DNA of 64,000 bases from an uncultured virus (IMG/VR IMGVR_UViG_3300028196_000002) (IMGVR_UViG_3300028196_000002), one strand, 5' to 3'; counted from the stretch's first letter, positions 30,233 to 39,367 are shown. Notes: a model not told the origin generated them from the sequence alone. Numbers and translations are program-made.

Positions 30233-30466
30233 ATGGAAATAATTGAATTTTACTACAACGAATCAGAAGAAATATTAGAAATTACATTTACGACCGAATC
30301 TGACGGTGAATACTTAAATGTACAATTAAGTTTAGACGACGCTAAACTACACTCCCCAATCATTTTAGATGAAGAAGACTTAGACGATGCCGACTTTAAC
30401 TTGTTGGTTGATATATTAGAGTCATACTATTATGAGAATGAATTACCATCTGAAAGTTTTTTCTAA
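30233..30466 (+). CDS. Small highly acidic protein
   Basis: 77 aa, D/E-rich, a single Lys. Confidence 0.65.
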   Translation: MEIIEFYYNESEEILEITFTTESDGEYLNVQLSLDDAKLHSPIILDEEDLDDADFNLLVDILESYYYENELPSESFF

Positions 30467-30507
30467 ATCTTTTGAGGTGTAGTTCTTAAACTACAGTATT
30501 TATTAGT

Positions 30508-30879
30508 ATGAGTTTTTTAGAAGACATAGATAAAGAAAGGTTAGTAGAGTTCGTTAAATTCGTTAAAAATGAATTAGGGATTAAGATAACCCCCACAATC
30601 AAATTACTAAATGGTCGTGGTGAGTTGAAAACAACTGCACATTACAACTACTCAAGTCCTGAAAAGATCATAAAGGTAAACGCCAAAAATAGACATATAG
30701 TGGATGTTATGAGAAGTGTCGCTCACGAAATGGTACACCACAGACAATTTGAACAAGGTCGATTAGATGGACCAAAACCACCAGATATCGGTGGGGACAT
30801 TGAAGATGAGGCCAATTCTTTAGCTGGACAGTATATAAAACTGTTCTCTAAAAAAGATAGTACGATATATGATGAGTAA
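30508..30879 (+). CDS. HExxH zinc metallopeptidase-like protein
   Basis: AHEMVHHRQ...EDEAN. Confidence 0.7.
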   Translation: MSFLEDIDKERLVEFVKFVKNELGIKITPTIKLLNGRGELKTTAHYNYSSPEKIIKVNAKNRHIVDVMRSVAHEMVHHRQFEQGRLDGPKPPDIGGDIEDEANSLAGQYIKLFSKKDSTIYDE

Positions 30880-30920
30880 CATTACTCACTATCGCTATTA
30901 AATAAAACAAAAAAAATAAA

Positions 30921-31109
30921 ATGAAAAAGAGACTACTAACCACACTGTTATGCTTAACACTTTTATTACCTAGTTGTGCATCATCAAAATCATTGTCGAA
31001 TGAAAAATTAGAACCTAAACAAGAAGTACTTAGTGGAGAAAAAGACCCACTTATGAAGTTGTTGGTTTCAGGGTTGGTGATATATATTCTACATTCGGTA
31101 TTTAGGTAG
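30921..31109 (+). CDS. Small lipoprotein / membrane protein
   Basis: LLPSC lipobox; C-terminal hydrophobic helix. Confidence 0.6.
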   Translation: MKKRLLTTLLCLTLLLPSCASSKSLSNEKLEPKQEVLSGEKDPLMKLLVSGLVIYILHSVFR

Positions 31110-31113
31110 ACAC

Positions 31114-31488
31114 CTAATAAGTGGTACTAACTTCTAACACCCTGTAAAATACTTTATCACACATATCTCTATATTCTCTATCGAATTTATAGTTGTCTTT
31201 ATGGGATTTGTTTGAGTGTATTATTGTTGCGTGATTTCGTTCAATTAATCTACCTATCTTACTATATGGGAAACCAAATTTCTCCCTAAGGATATGACAA
31301 AACAGTTGTCTACCACCAACGACTTCTCTGTGCCTAAGTCTCGATTTAATACTATCAATAGTAATCTGTTGTTCTTCTGATATTATTTTTAATATCTCAT
31401 CAGTATTAACGTACAGTTTTTTGGACGAACGTAATTTTGATTTAATGTTGGCCTCTAAACCAACAAACACGTAGGGATGTATTCTCAT
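31114..31488 (-). CDS. Stand-alone DnaA C-terminal (domain IV) HTH protein
   Basis: R.REVV..RQ....LRE......IG....RNHATIIHS. Confidence 0.8.
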   Translation of the reverse strand: MRIHPYVFVGLEANIKSKLRSSKKLYVNTDEILKIISEEQQITIDSIKSRLRHREVVGGRQLFCHILREKFGFPYSKIGRLIERNHATIIHSNKSHKDNYKFDREYRDMCDKVFYRVLEVSTTY

Positions 31489-31489
31489 T

Positions 31490-32059
31490 TTAATATCTAT
31501 GTAAAGTTATTTCTAAGTGTGATTCAATTGCCTTGTCATATTGATTACCTCCGATTAGTATGTTAGTGAAGAAACCTTGGGAAGTTAATTTAAGTGTGTT
31601 CGATGGCATTGCACCATACGTATCAATACTAAATGTGTAACGAGTTTTCTCACCCATATAATCGGTCTCTATAATTGTTTGTTCTGTACAGTATGTACAT
31701 GGAAAGTCAATGGGGATCCATTCGTCACTAACATCATCGGTGATTCTAAGATCATAATAATCAAATTCCCACTGAGTTGTTGTTTCGTCAAATCTACGAT
31801 TAATAATTGTACTCTCAAAATCTTGGGATAGTAGTAAATTACCATCACTATCCACCCCTGTAACATAGAAGGTACCGACAGTGGCTCTGTCATCATCTAA
31901 AACAATGACCTCACTATCGTAATTTACATTGTCAATCACAACGTCCACCTCTACAACATCCCATCTACCATTTAGGTTAAGTTGGGGGTTACTAATCTCT
32001 TCGTACTTCTCACATCCGAATAGGGTAATTATCCCTACTAAATAAATTATTTTTTTCAT
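31490..32059 (-). CDS. Lipoprotein, lipocalin-like
   Basis: LFGC lipobox; LNGRWDV. Confidence 0.65.
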   Translation of the reverse strand: MKKIIYLVGIITLFGCEKYEEISNPQLNLNGRWDVVEVDVVIDNVNYDSEVIVLDDDRATVGTFYVTGVDSDGNLLLSQDFESTIINRRFDETTTQWEFDYYDLRITDDVSDEWIPIDFPCTYCTEQTIIETDYMGEKTRYTFSIDTYGAMPSNTLKLTSQGFFTNILIGGNQYDKAIESHLEITLHRY

Positions 32060-32140
32060 ATCAAATCAATTTTATACAAATATAGTATTTTTTTTGATAT
32101 ACAAACTAATTTCAAAAGATTTTTTTGATATTTATAAACT

Positions 32141-32383
32141 ATGAAGATATACGTAACAGAGAAACAGTTAGATTTAATCGTCTCTAATCAAACTGAATTT
32201 GTTGAACAGGAAGATGGAACAGAAACTGGTACCGGTGATGCTTCAGGTGGTGGAACAACCGCAGGGAGTAAACAATGGGAAAGTGGAGTGACAAGAGGTC
32301 CCGACAACCAAATAGGTGTTACTAAGTGGTCTGATGTAGTTGGATCAAAAATAACTAGAGGCAAAGCAAACCCACTATTTTAA
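32141..32383 (+). CDS. Small late protein, TExQL N-terminus
   Basis: MKIYVTEKQL; repeated W..TRG..N. Confidence 0.75.
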   Translation: MKIYVTEKQLDLIVSNQTEFVEQEDGTETGTGDASGGGTTAGSKQWESGVTRGPDNQIGVTKWSDVVGSKITRGKANPLF

Positions 32384-32385
32384 TT

Positions 32386-33615
32386 ATGGTATTACAAAAA
32401 AAAGGACTAATGTTAGAAAGACATAATAGTATTTTAAACTATAATGGTTATACAAACCAAACTAAAGATTTAATTAGAACGGACAAAGTACTATTTGAAG
32501 CGTTTATTACGGTTGACGAAAGGTACTTCGTAATGAACGATCATGTTATAGACATACAAGAACAAACTAACTTAGGTTATTTATGGGACTCATTAGATGT
32601 ATTTAAAAAGATATTTGGTACTGTTCAAATTGACAACTCAGAATATAAAGAGATACAAGAAGGAGTTGCAGAACTTCCCTTAATGGAGAATAAATCAGAT
32701 CTATACGCGATTCGGGACGTTTTAATAGAATGGACTTGGGCAGGTGTGGCTGATTCCGTAGTGGGTGGTGCAAAAGACCTTGGTAATTGGGCAAAAGATA
32801 AAGTTGTGGATGCTGGTAAATCTATAATGAGTTTTGCTGATCAAGCATGGACCAATGTAAAAAAGTTGGGTCTTGCGATCTCAGAATTTGATTTCAAAAA
32901 GGTATTATCTATGATAGGTAAAGGAGCGTTGTGGGTTCTAAGAAAATTTAAGGACGCAGCATACTCCACAGTTGGTGTTATTGTAGATGCAATATTGGTA
33001 GCCACTGGTATTGGTAAAGTTGCACAAGGAGTTTTTTGGGGATTAGTTACAGGATTAGACGTATATCAAATATCAACAGGTGATTGGGAACCTAAAGGGA
33101 CCCCAACTTGGGAGAAGTGGTTAGATCTTCTTTGTGACGTAATTGGTTTACTTGGTGCAGGTGTTGCCGCTAAAGGTGCAAGAGGTTTAGTAAAAGGAAT
33201 TAAATCCGCAACTCAAATACCGAAATTTATAAAGAAAAATAAAGCGTTGATGAATATCATTAATAAAATAAAGAGTGGGGCATCTTGGGTTATTAGTAAA
33301 ATAACGTCGGTCTTGAAAAGTTTGAAAGGGAAATGGAAACCATTGGATACATTTATTAATAAAATTATTTCTTTTTGTAAAAAAGTATTTACGGGTTTAA
33401 AGAATTTTGCTAAGAAGTTATTTCCTGAAACCACTAAACTTACATCAAAACAGAAATTATCGAGAGGTGTAAAAGCGGGGGGTGCCGCGACAGGTATTAT
33501 GTACGGTATTGATAAATACTCTGAAAAGAAGGGTAAGGAATCCGCATTGAAAGTAGATCAGGCAATAGATAATATTGATTTATCAACCGCAGAGTTTGAC
33601 TACGACGAGATTTAA
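32386..33615 (+). CDS. Late protein with hydrophobic/amphipathic helices (possible ejected membrane protein)
   Basis: 409 aa, Gly/Ala-rich hydrophobic segments. Confidence 0.7.
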   Translation: MVLQKKGLMLERHNSILNYNGYTNQTKDLIRTDKVLFEAFITVDERYFVMNDHVIDIQEQTNLGYLWDSLDVFKKIFGTVQIDNSEYKEIQEGVAELPLMENKSDLYAIRDVLIEWTWAGVADSVVGGAKDLGNWAKDKVVDAGKSIMSFADQAWTNVKKLGLAISEFDFKKVLSMIGKGALWVLRKFKDAAYSTVGVIVDAILVATGIGKVAQGVFWGLVTGLDVYQISTGDWEPKGTPTWEKWLDLLCDVIGLLGAGVAAKGARGLVKGIKSATQIPKFIKKNKALMNIINKIKSGASWVISKITSVLKSLKGKWKPLDTFINKIISFCKKVFTGLKNFAKKLFPETTKLTSKQKLSRGVKAGGAATGIMYGIDKYSEKKGKESALKVDQAIDNIDLSTAEFDYDEI

Positions 33616-33648
33616 ATAAAATTAACTATTTATATATAAATTTAAGAA

Positions 33649-35739
33649 ATGAAATTAATTGACATTATACAAGAATCACCTATAGAAGGTGGTGAACAAC
33701 AGGTAGGTGAACAAGTAGCGGCACTGAAAGGTTTTCTAAAAGGGGTTACTAACCTAACTATTAAATCTGTAAGAACAGCAAAACCCGTATTAGCAAAGGA
33801 CTTACAAGCGGTTTTTAAGGCAAAATCAATTACAGGTATCAATAAAATAGATGATTTAGTTGTTGCGTTAGGTAAAGGTACTTTGAAGGGTAAGGCTTTA
33901 GGTGATGTTACTGTTGGTTTTATGAAAACTAAAGGGGTAAGTTCTAACTATATTGCGAGATTGGCTCCTGAGTTTGTAAACACACCAACTTTCATTAAGA
34001 AATATGCAAAAGACGGTAAGAAACTTACTACTGCATCTTTAAAATCAAGTGGTTATACCGATAATGCGATAAAGGAGATACTGAAGGCGTCTAAGGGTAG
34101 TAATAAATTCCAAAACGCATTGAAATCATCTAAGACTGTTGGAACAACTACTAAGGCTGTTGGAACTACCTCTAAGACTATAGGACAGGCGGCAGTTAAT
34201 TTAGGTAAGAAGGTTGTTCAAAAAGGTAAAAAATATATAACACCAATTGCAAAGAGACCTGGAGGAATTATTAAAATGGCCGCCAAGGGAGTATTTAGAT
34301 TGGGTAAGGGTATATTAGGTTTAGGTTTACTTAAACTTTTACTTATTAGTGGAGTGGGTTACATTGGTTATAAATGGTGGACTAGATATTCGGGAGATTT
34401 ACCTGAATTCCCATCGGATGATGATATAAATGCAACAAAGAATTGGATGGAGTGTATAGTTAATGCACTTGAAGGTGATGATAAGGCACATGAAATTGTG
34501 ATAGGTGAGACTAAAAATAGTATCCAATACGATATTGCAAATTTTGGTGGTGAAGAAACAGGGGGTTATATAATTTTTTACGATGATTACACTGTTAAAT
34601 CTAAAAACGGTAAAACAGGTAAATGGTCTTGTTCAACCACAAAGAACCTAAAAGAACAATCAGAGGGTGAGGTAACAAGTCAAATGATTAGTTTAGCAAT
34701 CACACAACTAGATGACCAATTAAGTGGAGATGCCTTTGAAGGTGACGCCACTGATATGAAAGATGCATATAAGATACTTAAGTCTTTAGAAGGTACGACT
34801 TATAAAGGAAAAGATTCAATACAGGTTATAAAGAGTAATTACCCTAAAATCACAGGAAAGAAGTTATCAGACCATATTGGTAACCTTACTAACTTAGATT
34901 TTACCGCAATTGAATTCCGTGACGAAATGTTAAGAATGATAGGATCTTCACCTAAAAAAGGTGGTGGAAGTGGTAAAGGAGATTCGGACGATAAAGGTGG
35001 ATCTGAAGGTAATGACAATCTTAACCACTTAAATATAATATGGGACAAATCCGAAGGTGGTGGTGGATCTAAAGGATCTAAGTACAAACAATGTGATAAT
35101 TTCCCATTAAACTTATATTGTATATCCGATAAGATTAAGGAAGTACAGAAGTGTTTAAACCCAACATCTAATTTAAAGGTGGATGGTTATTATGGTCCTT
35201 TGACTCTAAAGGCAATGCAAGACAGTTCATTATTTGCGGATAATGAAAAAGACGACACTATAATTACTAAAGCCATATATGATAGAATCATAGAGAACTG
35301 TAATAAGTCGAAAGATGCCGTTACGAAGGCGGACGGTGAAACAAAACGTGCAAAAGTAGAACCAGTAACTAAATTAGAGATTAAACCTATCAAATTGATG
35401 AAGTTAGACCCCATTAAAATGATTGATGTACATGGTTTAGATAAGTTAATGGCCCAATCTAAGAAAAGAATTGACGGGGAAAGAATTCAGTCAATTATCG
35501 ATACTAAGTTAAAGTTTAGAGGAGGTAAGTATATTCTTAAGTTAGATAATGAACTTACAGAGGATCAGTTGAAACACATTAATACATACATGGCGGCTAA
35601 AAGATACTCTTTAGATAAGAAAAGGGAAACTTTGAAAGATCAAAAGTATGTTTGGGCGGCGATAGATAGGGACGCAAGAAGAATCGAACGTAAAGTGAGG
35701 GACATTGCAAAAATAAAATCAAAAAACGATGAAAAATAA
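33649..35739 (+). CDS. Large late protein with TM segment and PG-binding-like motif
   Basis: Basic N-half, one TM helix, VQKCLN..LKVDGYYGPLT. Confidence 0.7.
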   Translation: MKLIDIIQESPIEGGEQQVGEQVAALKGFLKGVTNLTIKSVRTAKPVLAKDLQAVFKAKSITGINKIDDLVVALGKGTLKGKALGDVTVGFMKTKGVSSNYIARLAPEFVNTPTFIKKYAKDGKKLTTASLKSSGYTDNAIKEILKASKGSNKFQNALKSSKTVGTTTKAVGTTSKTIGQAAVNLGKKVVQKGKKYITPIAKRPGGIIKMAAKGVFRLGKGILGLGLLKLLLISGVGYIGYKWWTRYSGDLPEFPSDDDINATKNWMECIVNALEGDDKAHEIVIGETKNSIQYDIANFGGEETGGYIIFYDDYTVKSKNGKTGKWSCSTTKNLKEQSEGEVTSQMISLAITQLDDQLSGDAFEGDATDMKDAYKILKSLEGTTYKGKDSIQVIKSNYPKITGKKLSDHIGNLTNLDFTAIEFRDEMLRMIGSSPKKGGGSGKGDSDDKGGSEGNDNLNHLNIIWDKSEGGGGSKGSKYKQCDNFPLNLYCISDKIKEVQKCLNPTSNLKVDGYYGPLTLKAMQDSSLFADNEKDDTIITKAIYDRIIENCNKSKDAVTKADGETKRAKVEPVTKLEIKPIKLMKLDPIKMIDVHGLDKLMAQSKKRIDGERIQSIIDTKLKFRGGKYILKLDNELTEDQLKHINTYMAAKRYSLDKKRETLKDQKYVWAAIDRDARRIERKVRDIAKIKSKNDEK

Positions 35740-36421
35740 TAAAGAACATATGAGGTCAGACTTAATTAGTTCCTTAGTGAACAAAGAATTAAATGAAAGA
35801 TTTAGTTTAAATAACGATTTAAGACTCTTTTTAGAGAGTATGGAGGATCAAGAGGATGTGGAGAACGACGAAAAGGACTTAAAGACCTTAGACACCATTA
35901 TAGGTGTGTTAGATACGGTTAAGGATACCGACATGTCTGATGAGGAAATAGAACAAAGTATGGATGAAGGAATTCTCGATTCTTTAGGTTCTTTATTGGG
36001 TTTAACGGGGGATGTTAATAATCCAGGTGAAGGTGGTGTTGGAGATATTGCCTCAGGAACTGCAATGACTCAAATGAAAGAATGGTTGATACGTAAATTC
36101 TTAATAAATTTCATGGGAATGGATAGTGGAAAATTAGTCAGTTTCCTTTCAGGTTCCTTATCTGAACTTAGTATACCCGCATTACTTTCTATTGCAAGGG
36201 GTACAACTAACTGTAAAGAACATAGTGATGAAATTGCTGATGCATTTATGGTCGGTATATCAAGAATGATAGTAGGTGATGCAGAACAAGATTCTATGGG
36301 GTATAATGTATTAAAGAATGTGGGGGATGAATTCCTTAAAAATTCTAATGCAGGGGAATATATTGCAGATAAGGTATGTACGTTTGATCTCAGAGGTACT
36401 CTAAAAAGTTCATTCTCATAA
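35729..36421 (+). CDS. Hypothetical acidic protein
   Basis: 230 aa; terminator at about 36443-36469. Confidence 0.7.
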   Translation: MKNNKEHMRSDLISSLVNKELNERFSLNNDLRLFLESMEDQEDVENDEKDLKTLDTIIGVLDTVKDTDMSDEEIEQSMDEGILDSLGSLLGLTGDVNNPGEGGVGDIASGTAMTQMKEWLIRKFLINFMGMDSGKLVSFLSGSLSELSIPALLSIARGTTNCKEHSDEIADAFMVGISRMIVGDAEQDSMGYNVLKNVGDEFLKNSNAGEYIADKVCTFDLRGTLKSSFS

Positions 36422-36489
36422 GACTAAAAAAAAATGTTAATTAACCTCACGAATGTGGGGTTTTTTTTTGCCTAAACGATATTTATAGA

Positions 36490-36595
36490 TATGAAGTCGG
36501 TACTTTGGTCGGTATACGATTGATAAACGAAAATTAACGAAAAGGAGGTGATTTAATAATCTCGACAAGGAGGTCTAACGACCTCTTTGTTTGTT
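36490..36595 (+). ncRNA. Candidate late small RNA 1 (contains AAAGGAGGTGAT)
   Basis: Late box 36480-36487, own terminator GAGGTC-TAAC-GACCTC-TTTG, only a 10-codon ORF inside. Confidence 0.55.
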
Positions 36596-36871
36596 TACAA
36601 TACTTTGTAATTCGTTAAGTGTTTGTTTCTTCTGACTATCAATCTTGATTATTTTTTGAGTCTCGTATTTTTTCATGTATCTCTCCTCAAATGAACTACC
36701 GACACCTATTTCCACAATTGTAGATTCGTCAGGTACTAAAGGTTTTCTTTTTTTAGGTGTAATAATATCATCCACAAGAACATTTTCAAATACCTTTAAA
36801 TAATATTTGTCTTTCTTTCTATAGGTAATTTTATATACTACAACTACGGGTATCTTCATATTCTTATTCAT
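36575..36871 (-). CDS. Hypothetical protein
   Basis: Start trimmed to lie beyond the tmRNA terminator. Confidence 0.65.
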   Translation of the reverse strand: MNKNMKIPVVVVYKITYRKKDKYYLKVFENVLVDDIITPKKRKPLVPDESTIVEIGVGSSFEERYMKKYETQKIIKIDSQKKQTLNELQSIVNKQRGR

Positions 36872-36910
36872 AAAAAAAAGGGACCACTTAGGATCCCTTT
36901 TCACACTTAG

Positions 36911-37293
36911 TGGAGGTGGAGGGTTTCGAACCCTCGTCTTGTTAGTCTCAACTATAGAGGACTACACGTTTAGGATAGTATTTTCTAATACTCCAAAATT
37001 TGATGATCATTTTTTAACTATTGCAATCAACACCCAATAGACCATTCGATTTTAGATTCAATGGTGATCCATCCTTTTGGGAGTTTCTGTTTCTAGGTAT
37101 TTCACTCTCCAACCCATTGTAGAAATAACCTTAGGCTACTGCTACTTTAGAATCAACAGATACAAGACCCATTAATCCCATTTGTGAATAAACGTCTCCG
37201 TCTAAAAAACATCTCCGTAGATTTAAGTGATAGGAAATATCTCACTACGTGCCCTGTTATAATTGACTACTCCAATCAATTCCAGTCACCCCC
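36911..37293 (-). ncRNA. ssrA: tmRNA
   Basis: 5' GGGGGTG pairs with 3' CACCTCC-A including G3:U; T-arm GAGGGTTCGAAACCCTC; internal tag frame ending VAVA-stop; 383 nt. Confidence 0.9.
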
Positions 37294-37530
37294 TTACTTA
37301 ATGTCCTTAGAAGGTCCGTTACCATTTGAAGGTTTTCTTCTTGGTTTTCTTCTTGGTTTCTTCTTCTTAGGTTTTGTAAAATCCTCTTCGAATTTTTCAA
37401 ACTTTTCGACCTTAGGTTTTCTCTTTGGTCTTGGTTTTCTCTTTGGTTTAGGTTTGGAAACCTCAACAGGTTTCACTTCTTCTTGTTTTGAACCAAAAAG
37501 TCTTTTAAAAAAATCTATAATTTTCTTCAT
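37294..37530 (-). CDS. Small K/R/P-rich basic protein
   Basis: 78 aa; stop codon directly abuts tmRNA 5' end. Confidence 0.7.
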   Translation of the reverse strand: MKKIIDFFKRLFGSKQEEVKPVEVSKPKPKRKPRPKRKPKVEKFEKFEEDFTKPKKKKPRRKPRRKPSNGNGPSKDIK

Positions 37531-37583
37531 AATTTAAATGTTTATTATTAAATATAACCCTAAATAGGGTAAATGTAAAGGTT

Positions 37584-38258
37584 TTAAGAATTTGTACAAT
37601 CTAATGGGAAGTGTTTTTCATATAACGCCTCAAAAAATAGTTTATTCTTTAACCACTTCTTATCGGTCTCTCCGATAGATTTATGATACAGTTTTATTTT
37701 AGTGGTAACACCCACTTTTACCCCTTCTAAATGGTTTAACAAACATATGGGTAAGTCATAAAAGTGAAATCCTTTGAATTGATCGTCGAAAGTCTCCTTT
37801 ATTCTTTTTTTATTTACCATCATAAATAACCCATCGATTACTATGACTTCTTTGATGTTATCCCCAAAAGATTTAGAATACTTAGACATATATTTTTTAG
37901 GACCGTTTATGTGACCCACTTGTCCTTGCATATTTTCTAAATGTTGCCACCACTGACCCGATACTAACTTGTCAGTCCCTGCAAGACCTAAAATACCATA
38001 ATCAGGATTTCTATCAAATAGTTTTATAATTTTGGGGGTGAGGTTCTTAGTTTCAAATTCTAAATCATCATGAATAAAAACAACAATATCATTTTTAGAT
38101 TTCTCTAATCCTTCATTGTATATTTCTGTTAATGATCTATCTCCGTTATTTTCATAAACTAAGTATTCATTCTTAGGGTGGGAGAAGAACTTCTTTACAT
38201 GATCTAAATAATCTTGATCTATTTTACGTGTTGAATAAACTACTGTGATTGTATTCAT
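37584..38258 (-). CDS. GT2-like glycosyltransferase
   Basis: YNEG...VFIHDD...IDGLFM...FHFYD. Confidence 0.8.
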   Translation of the reverse strand: MNTITVVYSTRKIDQDYLDHVKKFFSHPKNEYLVYENNGDRSLTEIYNEGLEKSKNDIVVFIHDDLEFETKNLTPKIIKLFDRNPDYGILGLAGTDKLVSGQWWQHLENMQGQVGHINGPKKYMSKYSKSFGDNIKEVIVIDGLFMMVNKKRIKETFDDQFKGFHFYDLPICLLNHLEGVKVGVTTKIKLYHKSIGETDKKWLKNKLFFEALYEKHFPLDCTNS

Positions 38259-38343
38259 AAAAGGTATTTTAAATCAAAAGTCGGTTAAAAACCGACCCTT
38301 TCTCTAACTTGTAATTTAATAAAATATAAGTAAAATTATTTAA

Positions 38344-38523
38344 TTAATCAAGTGATGTTAAAATTTCTTGTAATGCTCGTTGATATAAGGGTATCATCAT
38401 ATCACTTGTTTTTATTTTAGGTTGATCCATTTTGGAGACGTGGTTACGTAACTTTTCCGTAAGACCCAATTTGTGTGCCTTGTAAAATATTTCCTCTATT
38501 TCATCACTACTTGACCAACCCAT
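38344..38523 (-). CDS. Hypothetical 59 aa protein
   Basis: Translated by hand: MGWSSSDEIEEIFYKAH... Confidence 0.55.
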   Translation of the reverse strand: MGWSSSDEIEEIFYKAHKLGLTEKLRNHVSKMDQPKIKTSDMMIPLYQRALQEILTSLD

Positions 38524-38551
38524 TACTTATAACTATGTGGTTTTTTATTTG

Positions 38552-38625
38552 TGGACCTTGAAGGACTCGAACCTTCGACCTACGCATTATGAGTGCGGTG
38601 CTCTAACCAACTGAGCTAAAAGTCC
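38552..38625 (-). tRNA. tRNA with CAT anticodon, probably Ile2 (lysidine type) rather than Met
   Basis: Cloverleaf GGACTTTTAGCTCAG...CTCATAA...GGTTCGAGTCC; acceptor stem resembles bacterial Ile2; no encoded CCA. Confidence 0.85.
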
Positions 38626-38630
38626 ATTTG

Positions 38631-38704
38631 TGAACCCGGTAGGATTCGAACCTACGACCGTCTCCTTAGAAGGGAGATGCTCTATCCAGCTGAGCTACGA
38701 GTCC
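38631..38704 (-). tRNA. tRNA-Arg(TCT)
   Basis: Anticodon arm TCTCC-CTTCTAA-GGAGA; T-loop GTTCGAAT. Confidence 0.92.
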
Positions 38705-38705
38705 A

Positions 38706-38800
38706 TAAAAAGAGAGGTTTCGGGTCTTTCGGGGTTACTACGATATAGAGGTTAACCCTTACCTTTTTCTATATCATTGTAGCTTCACTACCTCTCTTTA
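38706..38800 (-). ncRNA. Candidate structured RNA (6S-like long hairpin with central bubble)
   Basis: AAAGAGAGGT/ACCTCTCTTT outer stem; CTAC..TGATATAGA/TCTATATCGTAG inner stem; fills a tRNA spacer. Confidence 0.45.
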
Positions 38801-38801
38801 G

Positions 38802-38887
38802 TACCGAAGAACGGAATCGAACCGTCACGAACATTACTGTTCAAGGGATTTTAAGTCCCTCGTGTCTACCAATTCCACCACTTCGGC
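38802..38887 (-). tRNA. tRNA-Leu(TAA)
   Basis: AGGGA-CTTAAAA-TCCCT arm; long variable arm. Confidence 0.92.
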
Positions 38888-38999
38888 ATGAGGTAAATGT
38901 AAGAACGAATATTAATAAAAACAACCCCCTACCCCACATAAAACAAAAAAACCCCACATTTCTGCGGGGTTTACTATCATTCTTTAACTTTATTTATGA

Positions 39000-39323
39000 C
39001 TATTCAGTCAATAGTTGTTTAGATGTTTTCACGGGTTCACACCCATCCTTATCGATCTTAGTTAACCTATTCTCGAATTTATCAAACCTACTGTCAATAT
39101 GACGATATAGATTTTCTATTTGACTATTGAGGTCTTTCACCTCACCATCCACCCTAAGGTGAATTTCTCTTTGATTATTATCTAAATCTAATTGTGTTCC
39201 ATTTATGGCTTCCTCGAAACCATCGGAACGTTGTTTAACCTTAAATATACCTACTATAGCATACCCTAAACCGAGCACACCAATTGATGTAAACATACCT
39301 AAAACGAATTCTAAATTTTCCAT
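39000..39323 (-). CDS. TM + coiled-coil protein inside tRNA cluster
   Basis: N-terminal TM, heptad-like tail. Confidence 0.7.
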   Translation of the reverse strand: MENLEFVLGMFTSIGVLGLGYAIVGIFKVKQRSDGFEEAINGTQLDLDNNQREIHLRVDGEVKDLNSQIENLYRHIDSRFDKFENRLTKIDKDGCEPVKTSKQLLTE

Positions 39324-39367
39324 AATTTATAGTTTTAATTTAATTTTATGTCAAAGAACGATAGTAG

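Noticed and set aside
37184..37537. ORFs 37184-37537 (+) and 37257-37466 (-)
   Set aside because: Overlap the tmRNA and the better-supported 37294 ORF
38706..38800. Hammerhead ribozyme or SRP RNA
   Set aside because: GUA...GAAAC flanks fit a hammerhead stem but the CUGANGA core is missing; no SRP helix-8 motif seen
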